Below are positions 31,510 through 44,200 of a stretch of DNA of 64,000 nucleotides, piece after piece. Source of the stretch: Eledone cirrhosa (lineage: Eukaryota); contig OZ024742.1 in NCBI GenBank assembly GCA_964016885.1, forward strand, positions 142,972,001 to 143,036,000, given 5' to 3'. The notes under the pieces are model-generated. The model was not told the origin of the DNA. It did no database searches and saw only the letters and a list, made by a program, of their open reading frames with translations. Made by a program: the position numbers and the translations under genes. Within the stretch, counting starts at the first letter, position 1. The number at the start of each line of letters is the position of its first letter.

Positions 31510-33575
31510 ATGTCCAAATCTAGGACCTTCTCACTCCTGTTGGAGGAACACCCTCCCTGGTTGATGTCCACCACTCCCTATCTCTGGCCATACTGGGACC
31601 AAGGTATTGGGCCAGATCATCACATCACATTACCTTTGGCCACCCTCTAGTTCTTCTCAATTGCTTTAGTGTCCACCTGTTGTCTCTGAGATGTAGCCAG
31701 CTCATCTATATTTGCCCTTGTTGATTGTCTCGATTATGTCCTTCATAAACTATAGAGGTATAAAGTTGATGGACCAGGTCATGAAAGTAACAGAAAGAGT
31801 TATAGCACAGTTGATTAGGGACCGGGTGAAAATAGACGAGATGCAATTTGGGTTTGTACCAGGAAGAGGCACCACTGATGCCCTCTTCCTTGTGAGGCAG
31901 TTACAGGAAAAGTACCTAGCTAAAAGTATTTGGCATTTGTCGACCTTGAGAAAGCCTTTGACAGAGTTCCACGTGCTGTAATCTGGTGGGCTCTTAGAAA
32001 ACTAGGAGTAGATGAATGGCTTGTGAAAGCTGTACAAGCCATGTATAGCGGAGCAGTCAGCAAAGTTAGGATTAGCAATGAGTATAGCGAGGAATTTAGC
32101 GTACAGGTTGGGGTCCACCAGGGCTCTGTTCTTAGCCCCCTCCTGCAGGCAATAACAGAGGAGTTTAAGACCGGATGCCCATGGGAACTCCTGTATGCTG
32201 ATGACCTCGCACTTATAGCTGAATCTATGGTAGAACTAGAGAAGAAATTCCAAACTTGGAAGCAGGGACTAGAAAAAAAGGGTCTCAAAGTCAACATGAC
32301 AAAGACTAAGGTCCTTGTAAGTAGACGAGAAAACAGAACCCAGATCCCCTCAGGGAAATGGCCTTGCTCAGTATGTAGGAACGGTGTAGGTAGGAACTCC
32401 ATTCTCTGCCCCAAATGCAAACAATGGGTACACAACAGATGTAGCGGGATCTCAGGAAGCTTAATTAAGAATGTAGGCTTCACATGCAGCAGCTGTGCTG
32501 GGACAGCAAGCAGCAAACAGCCACAGGAAACAAGTACCACCAATCTCTGGGAGGGCTCTGTAGAAACAGTAGACAGCTTCTGCTACCTAGGTGACCGAAT
32601 TAGCAGCGGAGGTGGGTGTTGAGAAAGTACAATAACTAGGGTAAGAACGGGATGGAAGAAGTTTAGGGAACTACTACCACTGCTAGCTGCAAAAGGCTTC
32701 TCCCTCAGAATGAAAGGCAGACTGTATGATGCGTATATCCGATGTTGCATGGTAGTGAGACCTGGGCACTGAAGGTGGAAGACTTACGTAGATTAGAGAG
32801 AAACGAAGCCTGCATGCTCCGATGGATGTGTAACAGTAATATACGTGAACGACAAAGCATAAATGAATTGAGAGAGAGACTGAGCATAAGAGGAATCAAA
32901 TGCTGTGTGCAGGAGAGGCGGTTGCGCTGGTATGGACATGTGATGCGTATGAAGGATGACAGCTGCATAAAAAGGTGCAGAGCACTAGAAGTCGGTGGAA
33001 ACCGCGGAGTGGGGAGACCCAAGATGAGGTGATAAAAACCGACCTTACCCAATTACACCTCTCAAAGGCAATGACACACGACCGTGACCTCTGGCGTCAC
33101 GCAGTAATACAGAGTACCCGACCTCCCCTGGGTACAAGCTGAAGCATATAGACAATATGCCCCCACCGCAAGGTGGTCGTGGAGGTGCCACGGCAAAAAA
33201 GCACCCAGCCCACACTGTAAAGTGGACGTGTAGGCACCATGAAAAAGCACCCACCACTCACTGTAAATGAGGTTGGTGTTAGGAAGGGCATCCAGCTGTA
33301 GAAATCAAGCCAAATCAGTTCCTGTATGAGCAAGGCATGGTCAGCCGACCAGACACTGCCCACAACAGGACAACCTGTCTAACCCATGCTAGCGTGGAAG
33401 AACGGACGTAAAATGGTGATGATGATTCCAATCTGCTGTTGCTCTTGCTATCATCTAATGTGATCTCAAGCATGATTTGCTCCACTTTATATTGGGTCAC
33501 TGCAAATCTCTGTAGTGGCAGTGCTGAGTGCCCACGCCTCACTTTCATAAGTCATCACCGTTAGAACATATTCAT
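31510..33575 (-). mobile_element. Older RTE-group 3' fragment (31510-31746 + 33428-33575) split by a younger RTE
   Basis: Minus-strand VLTVMTYESEAWALS ... KDIIETINKGKYR*AGYI continues across the insertion. Confidence 0.65.
31747..33427 (+). mobile_element. RTE LINE, 5'-truncated (RT + PHD-like finger + 3' UTR)
   Basis: NYRGIKL, DLEKAFD, GVHQGS, LLYADD, CSVC..CPKC..H.RC..CSSC, LHGSETW, RLRWYGHV, (TGA)n tail; frameshifts. Confidence 0.95.
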
Positions 33576-35849
33576 TAAACAGCTTTCTCTTGGGACTTCT
33601 AATAATGTTATAACTTTTCCAAAAAAAATCACCCAGTCAAGCACAATCCTTCTTTGGAACTCCGGAAGAGGTGATGTAGTTGACCAGAATTTAACTGTAG
33701 CTCATTTTATTGAATTGGACCATTGTACATCTCAGGAGATTATAGATCTGCATTTGCAAAGTTGGTCTTAATGGGAATTGAAATTGGAGAGCTAAGACAA
33801 ATACAAAGCATTTTATCTGATGTTCTCACTACCAATTCACTTTATTGACCATAGCAAAATAAAGACAGATTACCCAATTAAAAGATAAATACTGTAAAAC
33901 ATGTAATGACTTTCTTTTCTATTGCTAATTTCATTTAAAATATTAATAATTGTAAAAGTAATAGAAATTGGAAGTATTCTAAATCAGAGAGAGAATTCCC
34001 AAACAAAAAAGTTAGAATTAGTGATATCTGCTGTTGTTTATAAAGGGTCTGTATAGTTTAGTGAAAAGATGACTATTTGTAGAGGATTGAGACAAACTTA
34101 AAAGAAGAAAATTAATAATGCCTAGTCTCCTTTAACTTTCAACTGGTTATAAAGCTTGTTAAATGGTACCACAAATATATCATTTTTATGTCAGTTTTTC
34201 CAAGCTAGCATGAGTTGAATGAGACTTTTTGAGGCAGTACTTTATGGCCCGATGCCTTCCCTGACATCAAGCCTCACTTGTTTTTTAAATAAGGTATAAA
34301 TCTTCATGCATGGAACCACTCAGTCCTTTGATTAACAAATGTCATTGCTAGCAATAGCTGAGTCAAATGTGATATGGTTATACAGAGACCAAATGCACAT
34401 ATGTATGACTAACTTCCACATTTTCTGTCCAAATTCAATCAAGGCATTGGTTAATCCAAGACTCAAGAAAATATTTCAAATTATATAACTGCAACTTAGT
34501 TTTAAAAATTATGTTTATATCAGCTCAATGAAAGAGGATGGATAGTTAAAACTGAGATTACCTAAATGTACTAATGCAGATTTCTGTATTCAGCAACCAT
34601 AAAAAGAAAACAGTATTTGTGGGATATCAAGCTTGGTGAGGTGGAGGAGTGGGAAATAAGATGTTTTACGAAATAAAATAAAAAGAATTACCATATAATA
34701 AAATTTAGAAAAAATATATTTTTGCTGTTTTAATTTTTAATTTTTTTTCCGACAAAATATTTATTGAATTTCAATGTGTACACACCATCTTACCATGTAA
34801 CTATTTGAGCCAGGTACATTCACTTACCGTCAAGGCTACAATTTCCTGTCACTTTCTAGGCTCTACCACAGATGACTTGTATTGTATAAGGCAGCCCAAT
34901 TCAGAAATTTGGCAGGTGGGCATGCAAAGGAACCAAGAAGAACTATGAGCAATACAGAAAAGAAATAAAACAGATTGGTATCTTAAGAATATGATCCAAC
35001 TGCATAGGTCTATATTGGTTTCAAATAGGACATTAAAGAAAATGACAGAAACAACCTTGAAAGTAAAATAAAAATTTACTGAAGGTTAAAAAAAGAAGAT
35101 ACTTGTGTAAAACAAAATGTTTAAAGGAAAGAATTCCTCTTTCCTTTAACTGCTGCCAATATAATAATATTCCCAAACTATATAAATTAAGTGATGTTAA
35201 CTGGTAGTGTGTGTGTGTGTGTGTATATTATATATATTTATATATAATAACAAATAAGTTTGTTTTGAAACGGCGAGCGAGTTTGAAATTAGAAATAGAA
35301 GCTTTCGCCGTATTTTTTGACTAAAGAAATTTTAGCCCGATAGTGGGGTTTAGAACCCCCTAAGAAATGGAAAAGATAAGTATTGAAGTAAATGGACCTG
35401 TCAGTTTCAACTATAAGTACTTCAGTTCATCAATTAATTAAACTGCTTACTCATTGAATTATAAAGTGGCTGAGTATTCCACAGACACTTGTACCTTTAA
35501 GGCAGATACAGCATGTTAATGTGACAAGGCTGGCACTATGAATTAAAAGGTACAGTTCATCTGGCAGGCTTCCACAATTTCTGTCTACCCGTTTTTTCAT
35601 TCACAAGGTTGGGTTGATTTGAGATTATGGTAATGACAACTGCCCAACATGCCATGCAGTGGGATCAAACCAAAGACCTCATGATTTCAAAGTGAACTTT
35701 ACACATATACACACACAAAATAGCTATAGCAGAGATCACATGTTAACATTTCTGGGTGAATGAAAGGAAACTCTGCAAGAGTTAGGAATGTCAATGCTTA
35801 TTTAGCTTTTAATTTGTAATTATTATTATTATTATTATTATTATTTTTA

Positions 35850-36925
35850 CATAAATCAAACTTTGTAATATATTATTCAGGCATTATCCTACATATTAAA
35901 AAAATGCTTTCAGTTAGTTGCCAGAATTAAAGTGAAAAAGAAAAAAAAAAATCCCATTAAATAATATAACTTACAATAAATCAAGCAGAATAAAATAGAG
36001 AAAATGTTTGACTATGTAACTGAATTTAAACTCAGTTATTGCCATATTACTCTATATATAAACTGGGCGTTACAAGATCAGATTTGTGCAGATTTCGAAA
36101 AGCAGAATAAAAGGTACAGGACACAATTACTACATCTTCCAGTTTTCAAGTTACCGACAAGTTTCCCAACAGCAAAGATGATAAAAATCTTATCAATCTT
36201 TTATATGTATTTGCAACAGAGTAAGTGAAAAAGCTTTTAAATTGGTTTTTATGCTCAGTTCCCAGCCACACCTTCCTTTTTGTCACATTTCTTGACTGTT
36301 GCGTTTATTACAAATAATATTTTAAAATGATTAAAAAAAAAAATCTGTCCAATACCTGCCCCCCAACTTAGCTAGTTCTTTTTTTAATATAATTACATTA
36401 TGAGATTAAAGTTATTAAATATTAAACTAAAATTGCTACAGCATATTTTTGCTGGTGAAAAAAACAAACAAACAAATTCTAATGTATGAAACCTTTTTGC
36501 AATATAAATTGAGTTAAATGTCTTGTTCAAAAACACTGCCTGGCTGACAAATATGTCAAGATCAAACTCCTTGATGAAGTCATTGTGCCATATAATGATT
36601 TCTAACATTGGCACAAAGCCACAAATATTAGTACTTATTTTATCAATCCGTAGGACAAAAGAAAAAGGCAAAACCAATACCAACCCAGCAGTATATTCAA
36701 CTCAGAACATAACTAAATACAGCAAAGGCATGTTTGATTGGCACTCTAATTCTGCCATCCATTGCCTTCTTTTGATAATTATTGATAACAGAAAATAAAA
36801 AAAATGTAATTGTATTTTTTAAGCACACACAAAAAAAAAAAAAACAAAAAAAAAACAAAAACGAAAATTTGAGAAATATAAATGTATTAAAGTTACAAAA
36901 AATGATTGAGATAATTTCAACTGGC

Positions 36926-36962
<37 letters not shown>

Positions 36963-38127
36963 AAGAGAGAGAGAGAGAAAGAGAGGAATCACTTGGAAAG
37001 TGTTTAATACTAATTGAATAAAGGGGTTTAAATAAGAGTAAATGTTAAGTGCCAAGATCGATATTTTAAATGTATACAATTAAAGAATAAGATAAAAAAG
37101 ACAGCATAACACCCATCTTTGAGCAGAATCCAGGCCAAAGTGTTGTTAATATTTCCAAGTGGAGGGCAGGGAGTCGTGTGTAAAAGGCAATTACAATTAA
37201 AAAAAAATATATTTATCCACATTAAAATTATAGGCCCATAGTTATCACAAATTTCACCTTTTTTTCCTTTTATGCATTATGCATTAACTCAGCCTTAAGA
37301 TAGGACAGAACCCCCCTCCCCAAAAGTACAAAAACAAACAAACAAAACAAAGGAAGGTGGGTGAATAAATAACAACGTAATAAATAAGTATTTCTTTTCT
37401 TTTTTTTTGTGAATAATGAAAAATTGCAAAATGCAATTTTTATTTTGAAATGGTAGACATTTCTGTGTTTGTAAGATTTTTGTTGTTGTTAGTTGTTGTC
37501 ACCATTGGTCATTAGTGAACTAAACAGGAGGTGTCAGTAGCTTTGCTAGTGGAAATAATGTACTAGTAGGAACAGTAATACATAATTAACTCTGGCAGTC
37601 AGCTCTAACAAGGTTAAATAAAGTGGGAAGGGGCAAATAGAGGAAGGGGAAAAAATTGAACTTATTAAAGAAGGGCAATGTTTGGATTGAGTTCTTTCAT
37701 GATGAATGAAGTCAAGTCAGTTGGGCTTTATTATTTTTGTGGGAGAGGAGGGAGAGGGAGATTGCTCCTTATTTTAAGTTATTCGACATTTTATGACTCC
37801 GATGTCCTTTTTTTTTTCTCTAATAAATCCAATTGAGAAGGATGTTCAAGAACACAGAGTAGAAATTTTTTTTCATATATAACAGTTTGCCGACTAGACA
37901 GAAAGCCTTTTAGATGGTAATAGTAGGAAGGAAAAAATGGCTAGAGACTGCCAATGTGTAGGTGTGTGTTAGTAGGCGAGCAATGACATGTACCCCCTAA
38001 TAACAGCACTATGTTTTTTTTTTATTGTCATCATTGTGGCTTTAATTTTGTGGTATCAAGCGCAGGCATAGTCATGTTGGCACACGAGCAGTAGGAAGAA
38101 GGTTGACTGATCAACCTAAGCCAACAC
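35850..38127 (-). other. Probable long 3' UTR of DCUN1D1 (end uncertain)
   Basis: Stretch after the stop codon that is largely free of recognisable TEs and U-rich on the minus strand; candidate AATAAA at 36304-36309. Confidence 0.5.
36927..36983. repeat. (GA)n microsatellite
   Basis: direct reading. Confidence 0.95.
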
Positions 38128-38207
38128 TCATACTGTGGTACTTCTGCAACCCTGGATAATTGGACGTGCATATTCCACAAAGTCATCGATAAGTACTGGC
38201 CAAGCAC
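38128..38207 (-). CDS. DCUN1D1: DCUN1D1 terminal coding exon ([26 protein letters not shown])
   Basis: 80 nt, tttcag acceptor, TGA at 38128-38130. Confidence 0.96.
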
Positions 38208-41200
38208 CTGAAAGTGAGGAGAGAAAAATAAAAATGAAAAACAAGTATTAGATTAGAAGATGTATTTACAAATTAAAAGTTTTTCCAGATTTTCAAATAT
38301 CAGACGGTAATTAATTATAGGGAAATTAGGCTCTTATGAAAAGTTTCTTTGCCCACTTATTCCTGAGAGGGTCGTGGGGGAAAGTCATCAAACACTTCTT
38401 CCAGCAGGTCCTGTCTCAAACTGATCCAGCTGGATCCCCAAGCGTTACCAAATCTATTAAAAGTTACATACTAAATTTTCTCCAGCTATATTAATATATA
38501 GAATTACAACTATGTCAAAGAGCAAACAGAGAGATTCTAAATAGTCGTCAGATATGAGGAAATAACAGCTAAATATCCTCAAATCAGGTCAGCCAAAAAT
38601 GTTTGTCTGCTAAATTATGTTGATATGGGGTTGAATAACAATATAGTACTATACTTTTAAGTTCTTCATTTATTTATCTATATTATTATGTTACAATTTA
38701 CATATGTAATGTTGAACTTCACAACAAAATCCAAGACAATTGATTATACACAACATTCATATTATTCCTCAGACTATAAATTTATAAATTATGTAAAAAA
38801 CAAACAAACAATATATTACAGTTACAATATTCATATTATTTCAAATATAAATATATATATAGAGAGAGAGGGAGATAGATAGATATAAACCTGACCGCGA
38901 CACCTAGCAGTTTTGGCTTGTATATGGCAACCCACTCTGCTCCTTCCCATGCATAAAGTACTACCCTGATTTGTGGTCTCCCTGGTCTTGGCCCTGCAGA
39001 CTTTCTATATATATATATATATATATATATTATAAAGGGTCAGGCCTTACATCTGAGCTCATGCCATTTGAACAGCCAAAAGGGCTCACAGTTGACTGGC
39101 CATTTCGTCAGGGACGTGGTTTGTCCATATAAGGGTATAAGCTATCCATCCAAGTGTAAATTTTTTTTATAGGATGTTGCAGTAAATTTTTAGAATGTAT
39201 TGATTATATTTTATATATAGATATATGAAATATTGTTTTAGAATCCACAGCTTAGTATCACAGCAACTATACTTTGTTCACGGGCAGTGGGTTCAAGTCC
39301 AGCCATGCACACTTTTCTGATTTAAAAATTAGGACAAGTAGTGTATTGAGATTTGTTAAAGCATTACCAAAGTAGTAATGGAGAAGAGACTGCATTGGTA
39401 TGGACATATGATCACTGGATGAAGTGCCAAGTAATCCCAGTGGAAGGAAGCCACAGTAAAGGAAGACCTAGATGGAAATGGTGAAAGCCAATCTCAGATT
39501 GCTGAAGCACACTAAGATGACAAAAGCATGTGACAAGTGGAGAGATGCTGTACTGAGAAGGACCTGTCCAACCCATGCAAGCGTGGAATAATGAATGTAA
39601 AATGAATTCAATTCCCCATGGCACTTTGTGTTCTTGAGCAAGTCATTTTATTTTGTGTTGCTTCAGTTTACTCAGCACCTGTAATTCAAATGGTCAGCCT
39701 TGTCATGCTGAATCTGTGAGAACTATATTAAGGGTACACATGTTTGTGGAATGCTCAGCCACTTACATGTTCATTTCATGAGCAGGCTGTTCTGAAGATT
39801 GTATCAACTGGAACACTGACATAGGGACCAAGAACCAAAATAGTTCCACCACGACAGAATACTATTATTTATAAATTATATCTGATTTCATTTCATAGCT
39901 AACACTGTTTAAAACCTTTGCTTTACACATTCTTTGAATGCATTTTCAATAATTTGACTGTCAGCCACAGCACACTGGGACATCTTGATCACAGATGAGA
40001 CAGTACAAAGCTGCTGAACCAAATAAGTGTATAATACAGCAAAAGTTTGCTATTACAGTAAAGAATCTAATAGATCTAAGTTAAAACTTCATTTTGAGAA
40101 GAGTTTAACAAACACCTTTATTCATTTCAACATCAGACTAATATAGGCTGTTAAGTAAGTAATATTTCCTTGGGAATACATTTTGCTCAATAGTTTTCTT
40201 TGAATAAAAAAAAAAAAGTGCCTGGGTAATGGTGAGTAGACTAAGAAAGTTCTAGTGGATAATGTTCAAATTATTATTAGTTCATTGGCATCTATTTTAT
40301 TGATCTTAGGAGAGTGAATGTCTTGGAATTTGCAAACATTTTACTTTGCATCACTAAAATGTCATCTATCCATTGTAAGCTTACTTTTGGATCAGTGATT
40401 TATTTACTGTAAATTATCTGTAATATCTCATGGTTTGTTTCACAGAGCAAAAGCCAAGAACAATCTAATAATCACTGGTTGCACCTATCTTTAAAGCCAT
40501 GTGAAGAAACAAAATAAAAACTAAAATGAATCTTGCATTAGGCTGTGTGATGGCAGCTACAATTTAAGGATTTCAAACATTCTCAACTAACAACCGTTAG
40601 TTTAAAGCAGATTCCTTCAATAACATGCATAATTGCCAATAGATGCTGTATACTACTAGCAAGGAATTTTTTCTTCCATATCAAAGAAATTAATGAGTTA
40701 ACATAAAAGCTTATCTAAAATTATTTAAACAAATATTTGTCCAGTACTAATCTTTAAACATACAGGCACTGGCATGACTGTAGTTATGAAGTTTGCTTTG
40801 GAATTGCATGGTTTTGGATTCTAGTGACCAATGCTTTGTGATTGAATTTGGTAAACAAAAACTGTAAGGGCACTTGTCATACATTTGTATGACAGTTGCT
40901 TCAAATGTCAGATTAACACCATTTATAAAACCTGCAGTGCCACTGACATCCTCACATAAACAAATGTCCTGCTACATAGCAGTTTGACAAACACCAGCTG
41001 CATATACCGTACTTAGGAGTAAGTTATAAGTTGGCATCCAGTCATAGAAAACCTGCCACAAAAGATCTTTTCCAATCCATGGAAGCATGGAAAAATGTAT
41101 GTAAAAACGATGATGATGAATGTGTAAATACATTTATATCATCATTTAATGTTCATTTTCCCTCCTAGCAAGGGTTGGATAGGTTGTCACAAACCAAGTT

Positions 41201-44200
41201 AGTGCTTAATCAGAGCTACAGACCTCTCAGATATGCCAGGCACTGTACCTCGGTGCACAGAGTGCATTTTATCATAGTCTCAGCCCTAAGGAGATTGCCA
41301 TCACTGGCTTGACAGAAGGGTCCACTCTACTCAATACACAAGGTGATGGTCAGGATAAGTATGATGTCATGGGTAAGTGACAATAGGTGGGAGGATATAT
41401 AAGCAATTACAACCTACCTTCTTCATCATAGTTACTCATGTCATCGTTAATCATATTACAGAAATCTAATAGGAGGTTCCATGTGTCTTTTGGTATAGAT
41501 CGTTTATGATGTTCCTAAAGATAAAAAATGTAATAAGCAATTGCATTAAGTACCAAAAATTGTTATTAAAACTACTCATCCATTTCATTATGATTAATTA
41601 AACAATTTGATTTGCAGAATGTAGTTTCAAGCATTTCCATCTGGCACAATTTTGATGAGACCTAAATGACTATGATCAGATCTAGCTGGTCTAGAGTTTT
41701 GTTACAACCAACTATCTATATTACCACCTCAATCAAGCTCGTACAAAGCTGGTAATAAATAGCCTCAGCCCAGATGTAAATTGTAGGCCATGAAAGGACA
41801 AATGTGAAATGTAAGCCTCCAAAGCTGGTAATAGACTCAATGTGAAAAGTAGGTGGCCATTTCAAACTACTTATTAGGTATTTTAGTAAACAGTGCTAAA
41901 TATATGATTTATGTATGAATTACAAGGTATATACATAGACACTACATGTATATCATGTATTTACAAGTAACAAAAAAGAATAAAAGAAAAAGAACTTAAG
42001 GCTCCTTCAAATCAGGCCCATGCCAACTGGTTCTTTTAGGTTGCTTGGAATGTTTCCTTACCCAAGATGTATTATATATTAGGATTACAGCCTATTTAAA
42101 CAATAAACAATGCTATCATTGACCTTGCTTCCAATATGAATTAAGTCACACATTATCCTCTGTACACAAATCCTCTCTACCTATTTCAGATCTTGGACTT
42201 GTCTGCATACTGAAGATTCTACTTAAACTAATTGAGAAAGAGACTGAGCATAAGAGGAATTAAATGCTGTGTGCAGGAGAGGAGGTTGTGTTGGTATGGA
42301 CATGTGATGTGTATAAAGGATGACAGCTGCATAAAAAGGTGCAGAGCACTAGAAGTCGATGGAAGCCACGGAGCGGGAAGACCCAAGAAGACCTGGGATG
42401 AAGTGATAAAAGCTGACCTTACCCAATTGTACCTCTCAACGGCGATGACACAGGACCGTGACCTCTGGTGTCATGCAGTAATACAGAAGACCCGACTTCC
42501 TCCACGGGTACAAGCCGAATCTGAAGCATATAGACAATATTCCCCCACCCTCTCGCACTGCAAAAAAAAAAAAAAGCCCCCAGCCCCCACTGTAAAGTGG
42601 ACGTGTAGGCGCCATGGAAAAAAAAGCACCCAGCTCTCACTGTAAACGAGGTTGGTGTTAGGGAGGGCATTATGATAGATTACTAAATGAGGAGAATGCA
42701 TGGGAAGAAGAGACCCTACCCCAAGTAGACCCTATAGAGGGGCCAGCAGTACAAGTCAGCAGCAGCGTAGTAAGTAAGGCAATCAAAGATATGAAGATGG
42801 GGAAGGCAACCAGTCCATCGGGTATAGCTGTCGAGATGCTGAAGGCATCTGGGTCTGTAGGTCACACTATAACCACACGTATTGTTAACCAGGTAATACT
42901 AGAAGGTGTCATACCAAAAGATTGGTGCAGTAGCATCATTGTCAACTGCTACAAAGGTAAAGGTGATGCACTCGATAGAGGAAACTATAGAGGTATAAAG
43001 CTGATGGACCAGATCATGAAAGTAACAGAAAGAGTTATAGCACAGTTGATTAGGGACCGGGTGAAACTAGATGAGATGCAATTTGGGTTTGTACCAGGAA
43101 GAGGCACCACTGATGCCATCTTCCTTGTGAGGCAGTTACAGGAAAAGTACCTAGCTAAAAGTAAGCCACGCTACCTGGCATTCGTCGATCTTGAGAAAGC
43201 CTTTGACAGAGTTCCACATGCTGTAATCTGGTGAATTCTTAGAAAGCTAGGAGTAGATGAATGGCTTGTGAAAGCTGTACAAGCTATGTATAGGGGAGCA
43301 GTCAGCAAAGTTAGGATTAGCAATGAGTATAGCGAGAAATTTAGCGTACAGGTTGGGGTCCACCAGGGCTCTGTTCTTAGCCCCCTCCTGTTCATCATAG
43401 TCCTACAGGCAATAACGGAGGAGTTTAAGACCGGATGCCCATGGGAACTCTTGTATGCTGATGACCTCGCACTTATAGCTGAATCTATGGTAGAACTAGA
43501 GAAGAAATTCCAAACTTGGAAGCAGGGACTAGAAAGAAAGGGTCTCAAAGTCAACATGACAAAGACGAAGGTCCTTGTAAGTAGACGAGAAGACAGAACC
43601 CAGATCCCCTCAGGGAAATGGCCTTGCTCAGTATGTAGGAACTCCATTCTCTGCCCCAAATGCAAACAATGGGTACACAAGAGATGTAGCGGGATCTCAG
43701 GAAGCTTAATTAAGAATGTAGGCTTCACATGCAGCAGCTGTGCTGGGACAGCAAGCAGCAACAGGAAACAAGTACCACCAATCTCTGGGAGGGCTCTGTA
43801 GAAACAGTAGACAGCTTCTGCTACCTAGGTGACCGAATTAGCAGCGGAGGTGGGTGTTCAGAAAGTACAATAACTAGGGTAAGAACGGGATGGAAGAAGT
43901 TTAGGGAACTACTACCACTGCTAGCTGCAAAAGGCTTCTCCCTCAAAATGAAAGGCAGACTGTATGATGCATGTATCCGAACAGCGATGTTGCATGGTAG
44001 CGAGACCTGGGCACTGAAGGTGGAAGTCTTACGTAGATTAGAGAGAAACGAAGCCTGCATGCTCCGATCGATGTGTAATAGTAATATACGCGACCGACAA
44101 AGCATAAATGAATTGAGAGAGAGAGACTGAGCATAAGAAGAATCAAATGCTGTGTGCAAGAGAGGCAGTTGCGTTAGTGATATGTGATGCGTATGAAGGA

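Noticed and set aside
31920-32543. Long antisense ORFs over LINEs (also 43171-43761, 5634-5972, 27929-28447)
   Set aside because: They are shadow frames of retrotransposon ORFs.
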